This document shows, one piece after another, positions 48,819-59,300 of a stretch of 64,000 nucleotides of DNA. Origin of the DNA: Lama glama. Its lineage: Eukaryota. The notes beneath the pieces were generated by a model, which was not told where the DNA came from, did no database searches, and worked only from the letters and a program-made list of their open reading frames with translations. Each line of letters starts with the position of its first letter. Positions within the stretch are counted from its first letter, which is position 1. The stretch lies in contig CM052818.1 of assembly GCA_028534125.1 (NCBI GenBank), positions 21,330,001 to 21,394,000 of the forward strand, written 5' to 3'. A program made the translations under genes and the position numbers.

Positions 48819-51800
48819 ATATTCTGTGTGTGGCTTCCTTCAGCTGGTTCCTCTTGACACCTGTTCCCATATACCTGGCATATTCCATAAATTTGCTTCC
48901 ATCTCTTCTGTGTTGGTGACCTCTTCCTTCCCTCTTTAATATGATAGATTTACATCTTTTGGGAATTCTCAAACTTTATCTCAACAAGATTTTGGAAGGA
49001 TAGGGGGCCAGTGTATGTCCTGGGTTTGCCATCTTGAACTATGAGGAGATTCAGAAATATTTATTTTTTTTACACAATTTTAATTGCTCCATCTTTCAGA
49101 AGCTTGCGTTCCCAGATACTCAGTATCACGTAGCCCTCACTCTTAACCATGGTCCACCTGGTAAACCAGAGCCTGGTTGCCCCAAATTTCTTCCTGCACA
49201 GGTTTGAGGTGCCCAGGAGACAGAATGAAGGCAGCCCTCCCTTGAACAGACCATCTTCCTCCCTCACCCTGGGGCCTGAGAGGCCCTGCAACACCAAGTG
49301 GGCTCCCCTTTGTCTTTCATCCCATCTGCTCATGCCCTCAGCCTGGCCTCGCCCTTAGGAAATCTGCATATTTTGGCCCCAGCACCATTTCCCTAGAAAG
49401 CCTTCCCTGTTGCCCCTGACTTGTCAAGTTCCTCCATCCTATGGGCTCGTGGAACAATTCCTCTCCCCTTTACGGCACTTAGCTCAGTGCGCAGCATCTG
49501 CGGAGCAAGGCCATGTGTTCTCTGTTCACTTTGATGCCCTAAGCCCTCGAGCGCAGCGCCAGCACGTAGCAGATGCTCAAGGAGTATCTTCTGAACAAAG
49601 GAATGTTCGTGAAGGTGGTAAGAAACATTCCTTTGGCTAACTGTAGTTTGAAAAATAACCCCCAGGGGAGCAGAGTGCAGCCCCACCTAGAGGTCTAATC
49701 AACTGGGCCACGCACTGCCCAAGGCCTGGATCACAACTTCCATGGGCTCTTGTCTGAAGCCTCAGCGTTGCCCACAGAGAGCCCCGTGGTCAGGGAGGCA
49801 GATCCTGGTGCAGCCCTGAGGGCTTGAGGCTAGCATGGCCTTCTGACCACCCGGGCCTCCTGCAGCAACTTTGCTCAGAACAAAGTTGTGACTCATCTCC
49901 AGACAAGCTCCATGAAACCTGGAAGTAGGGCAGACAGCTGACTCACCCAAAGGGCCAGGAAGAACTTTCACAGACCCTCAGGGGGTGGTCCACAGGCTGC
50001 TCAGAACCAGTGGCGACATCCCAGGCTGGGAATAATAGAGCCCTACACCTCAGCCACCTTTACGGCTCTGGCTTCCCAGTGGTGAGAAGCTTATTAAATT
50101 TGGGATTACCATGTGTAAAGCACCGTCTGAATTTTGTTTGCTGTGCCATGTAACTTGCCTTTCCAAACACTCAGTCAGAGCTGCAGTTAATCCACCGACC
50201 CAGGGCTTAACCGGCAGGTGGCCAGGAGGCCCCACCAAATTCCTCCGACCCTTTGTCACCTGGCCTGGAAGGGAGAGACCCCTTGTTTGGGAAGTGTTTC
50301 TCCTCCTCCCGGACATATTCTGTCTTAAGAGTCTTTTGTCACCACAAAGCTGAAGCGGGGGATTATGATGGGTAAGACTGTCACCCAGATTGTCTCCTCC
50401 AGAGGATGAGGGAAAAGTTTGCGGGCTGGCCTAATGAAACCTTTATTCAGGGGACAATGCCGTTCCATTAAATTAAAGCTTCAGCCTCAACAATGCCTCC
50501 GAACAAACCCCATTTGAATATTTAATTTGGGAGGGAAGGAGCTGAGTAAACACCTCTCTCCCCTCAGCCCCTTTCTGGAGACCCACCGCTTGCGGCAGAA
50601 TCTGAGGGAGAAACTGGAGTTGTTGATGTCAGGTTAGTAGTTGTCGCTGCTGACATCCAAGGTGGAGAAATCAAAATCTTTCACATTCCATTGACATCAA
50701 AGAAGGCTGTTCAATCCTAACTTTACAAAATCCAAATTTCCAGTAAGTGGGTGCTGATAAGTTAAGTGACCAACTACAGTCTGTCTGTTCTGAGCCTTGC
50801 AAGCAACATAGACCTTGCGGATGCACGCCCTTCCCACCCCCAGGGCTCAGGATCCACAAATGAGACCCAAAGTTCCTCTGAGAATAGTGCGCTGCCTCAA
50901 ACCTTGCTCAAGTTCCCTCTTCTCACAGGGAAAGAAGTGTCTGTCTATGCTTGATTTTTTTTTTTTTAATGGCTGCAGTGATGTCAAAGGCACTGCAAGG
51001 GAACAGAATTTTCTCTGTCTTCCTCCTCTACCTGGCAACCAGGCAGCGAGGCAACAGGCACCCAAGAGACAGAGCTGTGTGTGGGCTCCTCTGCGCCGAG
51101 AGTCAGAATTATCCACGAATGATTTCTCTGTGGATCAGCTGTGTAATTTTCTTGTCCCTCCTCACAGCACAGCACATGACTCTTGGTCTCCTTTTCACCT
51201 CTTGGGGTGGAAGCCCCATCTTTTGTTCTGTCCTCCCAGAGACGGTGATAATGGATGCGAACAAGTTTCTGTGCTGCCTCTTTCCCCATCTCTTCAGTCT
51301 TCCCTCATTTCATAGTCGCCTAGAGTGGAGATGATCAGAAGCAGCTTAGTCACGTGTGAGGGGTGAATCCTCACACTGGTGCCCTTGAGTTCTCTGCCAT
51401 GGGCTTGGTTTCTACCTTGCCAGTGGAGGAGGGGCGGGAGCCCAGACAGGGACTGGTTCCCACCTGGCTGACCATAAGTGACCCCTGGGGGGCAGCTGCA
51501 GGGGCCACAGTGTTTGACATCAATAACCAAGTTCCTAAAGTGCATTCCAGGGGTGAGCAATCAGGTCCCAAGGCAAAGGAAACATTTAAGGCAATTTTAA
51601 AGGCTGTCCTCCAGGACCACCCAACCATCAGCTACCACTTGGGGGCCATGGAGGCCAGAGCCTAAAGTCCAGGAAAAGCTCCTTCGTAGGCAGGCTATGT
51701 GTGTGGACACACACACATACACAAGAGGCAGGGCATGAAGGTCTGGCACACAACTTTTGACAGATAGCTGACCTCCAGTCTCTCTGTGGTTGGGGCCCAG

Positions 51801-52174
51801 ATGTGTCCACATCTGGCAGATTGGACTGCCTGGCCTCTGGCCAAACCATGTGCATCAAGGCCACAGAGTTCAGGGCCGAATGCCCAGACCTAGCTTTCAA
51901 TTGTTTTTCTTTTTACTATAATTTATAATTTTCTTCTTCTTCTTTTTTTAAAAATTGAAGTATAATCAGTTTTGATTTGCTTCAGCAACTCTACAGTCTA
52001 ACAGCCACTCTTCTTTTCCTTTGCTTTCAAATTAACCTATGAGCCTTCCCTCTAGGCGGGCCTTTGCTCTGGGCAAGGGGATCCCAGGCAGAGTGGCCAG
52101 GGTTCATCTGGGCACATAGTTTCCTCAGCAGAAACAGTACAAGGGCAGGGATGGGCGGGCAGCCAGCTGCCCTC

Positions 52175-52345
52175 TCCTTGGGCTGGTCATTTCACCTCTC
52201 TGAGCCTCACTCTCCTCATCCGTAACAAGGTGGAAAATGACAGCAACAACATCAGAGGAGCGTTGTGCAGATGAAATGAGTTAATGTGTGTAAAGCCCTT
52301 AACACAATGCCTGGCACACGGTCAGCACACAATGTATGTGAGCTG
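52175..52345 (+). mobile_element. MIR SINE
   Basis: tcatttcacctctctgagcctcactctcctcatccgtaa...aaatgagttaatgtgtgtaaagcccttaacacaatgcctggcacac. Confidence 0.88.
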
Positions 52346-52879
52346 GTGCTACAATTTCCCCTTGGGTCCTTCCAGTCCTCATTTGGGGCTTTCTGTCCTT
52401 TAAATAGTCCCACGATTGTCGGAAATGTGATCTCTGAGGACAACATTTAGAGGTGCCTGTTGGGAGGTTTGTGACATTTCTGCCAACTCCTGAATGCAGC
52501 CTAGACAAGAGGGTAGAGATGGGGTCAGAGAGCTGTCCTGGGCCGGCTCTTGTCCAGCCTCCTTTCTCTGGCCTACCTGTCCATTCCCCACTACATGCCT
52601 TGTGAATGAGGCACGGCCCCTGCCTTTGTGGGTCAGTGCACCAGCCCTCGGGCTCTCGGGGCCCATCAGACTGGCCAGGCTCATGTCTCAGAGCCCTGGG
52701 AGAGGCCCTGTGCTCAGCACACACACCAAAGACAGACCTGGGACTCTGCTTCCGTGTTCACATCCACTGGTGTGGGAGCGCTTTCATGCCAGGTCCTTGG
52801 AAAGGTCACAGCAGTCTTGGTGGCCCCCACTGCTCCCAGACGAGACAATAAAATGAGTTGATATTTTAGAAAGTGACTG

Positions 52880-53130
52880 GGCCTCCTTTAGATGCAAAGT
52901 GAAGGAAGCTCTCTTGAAGGAGGCAGCACTTCAGTTGAAACCTAAATGAAAAAGCTAATCTTTGGAGACTGAAAGGAAGAGCATTCCAAGCAGAGGCAAT
53001 GGCAAATGCAAAGGCCCTGTGGCAGGAGCCACACTGCAGAACCCAGGTGCATGGAGCATGGTGGGCGAGCAGAGTATGGGGCGAAGGGTGCGCAGGATCT
53101 CATAGGTCGCAGAGAGGAAGGCTGATCCGA
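52880..53130 (-). mobile_element. L2 fragment
   Basis: ggaagagcattccaagcagaggcaatggcaaatgcaaaggccctgtggcagga. Confidence 0.75.
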
Positions 53131-54039
53131 ATTCTGCCTCCTCTTCTATAATGTACTTGCTCCTCTAACAACCTTTCGCCAGTCCTTTTCCACACTCTGT
53201 CTCGTTTGAGGACACGTCAGCTGTGTGCACTGCTGCATCGACAGCTCTCCTGGCCCGGGTGACATTGTGAAGCTGGTGAGTGGTTTCTGACACTTGGATT
53301 CTCCCATTTCTGCTCTGTTCCCTGGGTCTTGGGCCCTTTACTTCCTCTAGGTTCCCTGTGTCCTCTCGCCAGCAGCTCCTGCTTGACACCCCAGCCCCAT
53401 TAAGGCCTATCCTCAGACCTTTCACGCTGAGGACCAGGAGACTATCACGGCTCCCAGAGGGGCCTCGCTTTAACAGTAACCCTGCCTTGAGCTGAGGGAA
53501 AGGTGGCTGTTGGTGGAATTTCAGTATCAGCAACACATTTCTTTCCCACCCACCCAAGAGTTTGTTGTCCTGTGCTCCTTAAATCTTGCCACACTGGTGG
53601 TTACTCGCTCTGCATCTATAGAGCTCAATGGGGCCTCATGACCAGGACAGAGGCCAGTCTCTGACCTCCTTGGGTCTTTCCCTGAACATCCCCAAGAGTG
53701 CCGGATGCCTAGAAAAACAGTATGGATGACAGGCTGGGGGTTAGAGCCACGAAAAGAACAGCAACAGATTTCTCATCCCACAGCCTCAACCTGCCTAGCC
53801 ACTGCCACCCTCCTGTCCAAGAGAAGAGGATGTTAGGCAGGGCCAATCGGGGGGGTTGGGGGGCGCCGTTCCCAAGTGCCCGTAAACTTGCAGATCATGA
53901 AGCTGAAGGGGGAGCCAGGGGAGGTGCCATCCTCTCCGTGGTTCATCCCCCTCACACCCCCACACAACCCTAGCCTTACAGGTAGGGCGAGGTAGACAAG
54001 GCAGAAAGGCTTACACTCCCCAAGCAGGAGCTTCGGACG

Positions 54040-54960
54040 TTTACGCTGACATCTTCACCTGTGAGTTCACAAGGACGCCACCAGCAAACCCTGTACATCC
54101 TAGGCCACGTGCACACCTGGACTCGGTTTGCTCTTCTTTCCCCCGTTGTCACTCGTGTCTCCAGCCCACATTACCATGTTCTTTCACCAGGACCACCACA
54201 TTATAGGAGCCCCCTAACTAGCATCTCCATTTCTTCTAAACTGCTCTCCATTCAGCATTCAGAGTATTTTTATTTTTTATTTTTTAAATGGAGGTCCTGG
54301 GGATTGAACCTAGGACCTCACGCATGCTAAGCATGCGCTCTACCACGGAGCTATACCCTTCCCCAACCCCCTACTCCTACCCTGAGTGATCTTTTAAAAA
54401 TGTCCCTCTGACTGTGCCATGCTCACTATTCCAAACCCTTCCACGGTCATTCATCAGACTCCAAATAAAATCCAAGCTCACTGAATCCTGCACAGCAGGC
54501 CCTTGCCCATGTCACGTCCCTCCTCACAAGGCCCCAGCAGCCCTGGCCTCGCTCTTCTCCTCAAAGGCAGCGGCTCTGGCTCCCGCTCCAGGCCTGCTGT
54601 CCACCTTCCCTCTGCCTGAGGGCCTCACCCCACCGCTGTCTCTTAGCGTGACTGCCCCTTCTCACCAGACCGCTCAGAGATGCTTTCTCCCACCATCCTG
54701 TCTGAGGCAGGCCCCTCCTCTATTACTCTCTACCAGTAGGAACCTATTGGTTTTTCATTGAATTTACAATTTATAATGATTTTATAAGTGCACTGGCACA
54801 TTTGTTTAATGTTTACAATGCAGGCTACTTGTGTGCAGAGCAGTTTTGTCTTTCTCACAAGGCCCCAGCAGGTCACGGGGCTTTCTTATTCACTATTAGA
54901 GCCCCAGCATCCAACAGGGTGACCAGCACACAAAAGACATTTATTAGATAAGTGAGTAAA
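54040..54960 (+). mobile_element. L2 3' region, interrupted by a SINE
   Basis: gagtgatcttttaaaaatgt...ccaaacccttccacgg...caaataaaatccaagctc...cagcacacaaaagacatttattagataagtgagt. Confidence 0.65.
54265..54360 (-). mobile_element. tRNA-Ala(AGC)-derived SINE (camelid Vic-1 type) with A-rich tail
   Basis: Reverse complement aagggtatagctccgtggtagagcgcatgcttagcatgcgtgaggtcctaggttcaatccccaggacctcca closely follows tRNA-Ala-AGC, then tttaaaaaataaaaaataaaaata. Confidence 0.88.
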
Positions 54961-55641
54961 AATGGAGGCACTCGGGCACCCAAGGGTCCTCTCTTCCCCC
55001 ACAGTGGCAGCTGAGGCGGCTCCCCAGCATTCGGCCTGGGGCAGGGCAAACTGAGACATCAGGGTCATCCTAGAACCTCACAGGACAAAGTCTCCTGAGA
55101 AGTACTAAGTACTCCCTAGGGCCAGGCTAATGTGGGACAACTCTTTCTTGCCTGTACCAGAGAATTCTAACTCCCCCAGGTGATCAAAATCTCTGGCCCT
55201 GACTGATAATGGAGAGTTTTTATCCTGACTACTTTAGAATTTCACATGAAATGGGAAATTAAATTATCTAGTTCAAAGAGAAGGCAACAGATGTCCAGAG
55301 AGGTTAAGTAGTTTTGCCTAAAATCCCCGGTTGGTTACTGGGGGAGTCCAGGCTAGAATCTAGTTATTCTGAGTCCCCTGTACTTTCTCTCACAGTCCAT
55401 TTTCTCTTGTGTCCTCTCCCAGGAGCCTGAGAGTGATTTGCCTTTGCAGTAGGCTGCTTTTCTGAAGGGTGAGAGAGGCCTGGGAGACTTGAATCCTGTT
55501 TTCCTGTTTTCACAGTTTTAGTCACTATGTAACTCAACATGTTTTAGGCAAAACATTATCTCCAAAGTTTTGATACCTCAAGGCACACTTAAGGATGCAG
55601 AAAAGTACCTCAGAGAGAGAAGACCAAGATTGTATCAGTTA

Positions 55642-56387
55642 GATAAATGCTGGAGAGGGCGTGGAGAAAAGAGAACTCTCCTACACTGTTGGTGGGAATG
55701 TAAATTGGTGCAGCCCTTATAGAAAACAGTATGGAGATTCTTTAAAAAACTAAAAATAGATACCATATGATCCAGCAATGCCACTCCTGGGCATATATCC
55801 AGAAGGAAATCTAATTTGAAAAGACACATGCACTCCAATGTTCATAGCAGCACCATTTACAAGAGCCAAGACATGGAAACAACCTAAATGTCCACTGACA
55901 GATGACTGAATAAAGAAGTTGTGGTATATTTACACAATGGAATACTACTCAACCATAAAAAAGAATGAAATAATGCCATTTGTAGCAACATGGATGGACC
56001 TGGAGATTTTCATTCTAAGTGAAGTAAGCCAGAAAGAGAAAGAAAAATACCATATATCACTTATATGTGGAAACTTAAAAAAAAAAGACACAAACTTACT
56101 TACAAAACTCACAGACATGGAAAACAAAGTTATGGTTACCAGGGGGAAAGGGCGTAGGAAGGGATAAATTGGGAGTTCGAGATTTGCATATACTAACTTC
56201 CATATATAAAATAGATAAACAACAAGTTTCTTCTGTATAGCACAGGGAACTATAGTCAATGTCTTGTAGTAACCTATAATGAAAAAGAATATGAAAAGTA
56301 ACATATATATGTATATGGATGACTGAAACATGCTGTACACCAAAAATTGATGCAACATTGTAAACTGATTACACATCTATTAAAAAT
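55642..56387 (+). mobile_element. 5'-truncated camelid/artiodactyl L1 (ORF2 C-terminus plus 3'UTR)
   Basis: ORF 55919-56167 encodes WYIYTMEYYSTIKKNEIMPFVATWMDLEIFILSEVSQKEK. Exact 15-bp TSD agattgtatcagtta (55627-55641 / 56388-56402). Confidence 0.95.
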
Positions 56388-56391
56388 AGAT

Positions 56392-56876
56392 TGTATCAGT
56401 TATCTATTGCTATGTAACAAACTGCCCCAAAACTTAGTGGCTTAAAACCACTATTTATTAGTTCATGATTCTGCGAGGAAGCCTTTTGGGCTGGACTCTG
56501 CTGGACAGATTTTCTGCTGGCTCACCTGGTTGGCTCACATTGCTATAGTCAGCAGCTAGGGCTGCCAGGGGCTGTCTTTCCTGGATATCTTCACTCACAT
56601 GGCTGGAATGATGGGAGTGAGTGGGTCACGTGTCTCCAGTGTCCAGCAGGATAGCCCAGGCTTTTTCACATGGCAGCGGGGTTCCAAGAGCATCAAGAGA
56701 CAGCAGACCCCAGTGTACAAGCAGTTTTCAAACCTCTGCTGTACTCATGCTTACTAACCTCTCACGGGCTGAAGTGAGCCAAGTCAAGTTCAGAACCAAG
56801 GTGCCGAGAAACAGACTCCATTTCTTGATGGGAGAAGCTGCAAAATATTGCTGCCGTTGTTCTCAATCTATCTTAA
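56392..56876 (-). mobile_element. MaLR solo LTR (MLT1G/H-like)
   Basis: tgtatcagttatctattgctatgtaacaaactgccccaaaacttagtggcttaaaac...agactccatttcttgatgggagaagctgcaaa. Confidence 0.85.
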
Positions 56877-59139
56877 GGGCAGAGTCAGATAAACCCCTTG
56901 GTAGCATAATCATATTGAGAATGCTGTAACCACCCTATGGTTTCTCTGGTCTATTGGGGGTGGGGGAAGGAGGCTGCGAGAAGGGACCAGAAGTAGCCCC
57001 TGGCTGTGAGGTGAGACAGAAACACTGACAGCCAGGAGAAAGGCAAGCTGGAGTCCCTGAGACCTCTGTGGCCCAGGCCCGGCGGTCGTCCAGGGCCTGA
57101 AGTGGGCAGAGAGGAAAGACCTGGGACAACCTGGGAGCTGCTTCATGCTGTCCTCTCCTGGCATCCCGAGATGCTGCTTATGTAAGTGGTTTGGCCAAGA
57201 AAAAAGAGAGACAGAGTGCCTTCCACTCAAAACATAAGGCCGGTCAGGGCTGTGGCCTCTGCTCCTAAAAATAAAGCCTGTGAAGGAAATGAAGGCTAAT
57301 GCACCTGGAGGTGAAACCACAGGTCAGGTGGGCAAAGCTTTTAAGTGTACTGTCTTCCGTGTTGGGGACAGCACGGTGACATTTCCCCCAAGCTCAAGGA
57401 GAGCTCCGCCATCAGTCGGCCAATTGCAAATCAAGACCGCGAAGTACTGAGCTCACTTTCCGACCCTGCCTGACAGAAACGTGCTAAAAGTTCCAAATTG
57501 CTCACATCGGTAGCCCGCAAACAATCAGTAAAATAGAATAGAATTTACAAACCACTATTTTCAGATCCCTCCGCCCATTTCTTCCGGTGGACCTGGCCAC
57601 GGATGGTGAGGTGGTGGTGAGGTGACAGCGCCCACCGGGAAGGCAGGGGGGCTTCCAAACGAGGCGAGGGAGGGACGCTGCTCGGAGGCCTTTTTCTTGT
57701 AGCTCCAGACAAATTAAAAACCTCCTTACCCGCCATTCATTCATTCATTCGGAGGAGGCCTCTTCCTTCCTCCGCAGGGGGGCTGCTGTGTTGGAAGGAG
57801 ATCGGATTCTGGAAGGCTGGGCCTCCCGGAGCTCTCAAGGAGGGGGAGCCCGCAAGAATGGAAAGAGAGAGGCCCTAACCCTGAAGAGATTGGCAGGCAG
57901 GGAGTAGGGGCAAAGTGCAGCCCAGGTCACTGGGAAAAAAGAAATCTCAGACTAAGGGAATGGGGGAAAGTTCCACTTCCAGCCTCATTATTACAGAAGC
58001 CTGGGTAGAGAAGGCGGGGGAGCCCAAAGGAGGGAGAAAAGGGAAGTGAGACGAAGCAGAGATTCCAGGGGGCACGGGCTGTTGGAAAGAGCACCGGCAG
58101 GCGAAGGTGCCGCATCTTCTAGAACTGATTTGGACAGACCTGGAAGCCCGTGGCCTGGGACTCCCAAGGAGGGAGGGCAGTATGCCCCATTAGGGGTGGG
58201 ACGAATTGATTTCCCATGAAGAACAGCACCATTTCCTCTAAATGCCCTCTCCAGTCCTCCTTAATCTGCCCTGGAGGCAGCAGGTGACCTCTGCGCAGAC
58301 CCCTAGAGGCGCCTTTGTTCTGGGGCATTCTGCATCTCGCCCTGCCCCCACCCCGTGCACCTGGGCAGCAGCCTCCACATGCACTTGTCCACCCTTGGCT
58401 GGCTCGCGGGGAGGGACGGGCTGATGTCTTTGTATGGGAAAAGCCGTCCGCCAACTGTTTTCCCTTCCTCTTGACACGTTGGCTGATGGTTTTCCGGTTC
58501 AGTCCGACAGCCACGGGAACCGACTCCCGGGAAAAAATAGTTTAGCCTGCTATACTTTTATCTGGTGAGACAAGTTTGTGACTGAGACTACCAAGCGGGC
58601 CGACCCTCACTATTTATTCATGGCCAGAGCCCTGCTATTCAGAAACTCAGCTCAGCCCTGCCCTGGAATCCCCAGGTGTTCCCCGCTGAGGTCTAATCCA
58701 ATCCCTCTGAGGTTTGCTAATTTAATTGTGTAATGGTCCACACCTGAGACATTCCCGTAACTGTCTTGAGGACATTACTGAGCTTAAAGTAAAGACTAAT
58801 AAGAGTATTAAGGCAGAAACTTTAGACACTGTAAGCTTTTACCATCTCTAAAACTTCTGAGTCAAGCAGAAGAAAACTGGGGGGCAGGGGAGGGGGGCGA
58901 ACTCCAAGTTAGAAAAAGCAACAAGAAGTAATTAAAGTTCTTGCTGAGTGAGTCTGAAATATGTATTTAGCCCTTGTAAATTAAATACCCTGGGTTTTTA
59001 AAGAGCGATTTCCCCAAACATCTATTATTCACATCAGTAGGACAGACGGCAAGCCACTGTAAGATTTATGGAAACTGAAAGACTTCCTATGCTAAAGGTT
59101 AATGAAAGTGTAATTTGAATCTTGAAGTCTTTACGTGTC

Positions 59140-59300
59140 GTCTCGGTTAACACCGAGGGCTCATTAAGGATGCGTTGGGTACCGCGGGCGGCCGGTGACG
59201 TCACAGCGGGTATTTTAAATGGGCGGGGCCAGGCCGCTCTGCATGTAATTCTTTAAAAATATAAAAGCCTCCGTCTTTCCTCCTCTGTCTCTCCAGCTGT
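59140..59300 (+). promoter_or_regulatory. Candidate core promoter: CRE, GC box and TATA in a small CpG cluster
   Basis: GTGACGTCAC at 59195-59204, GGGCGGGGC at 59221-59229, TATAAAAG at 59260-59267. Confidence 0.5.

Noticed and set aside
54289..54360. Functional tRNA-Ala gene
   Set aside because: The acceptor stem and D-arm have mismatches, there is an A-rich retroposon tail, and it is inserted in L2. It is better explained as a SINE.
17596..56387. All four young L1 inserts lie on the plus strand, which might indicate a minus-strand host transcript
   Set aside because: Four copies are too few, and the older L1 fragments are mostly on the opposite strand.
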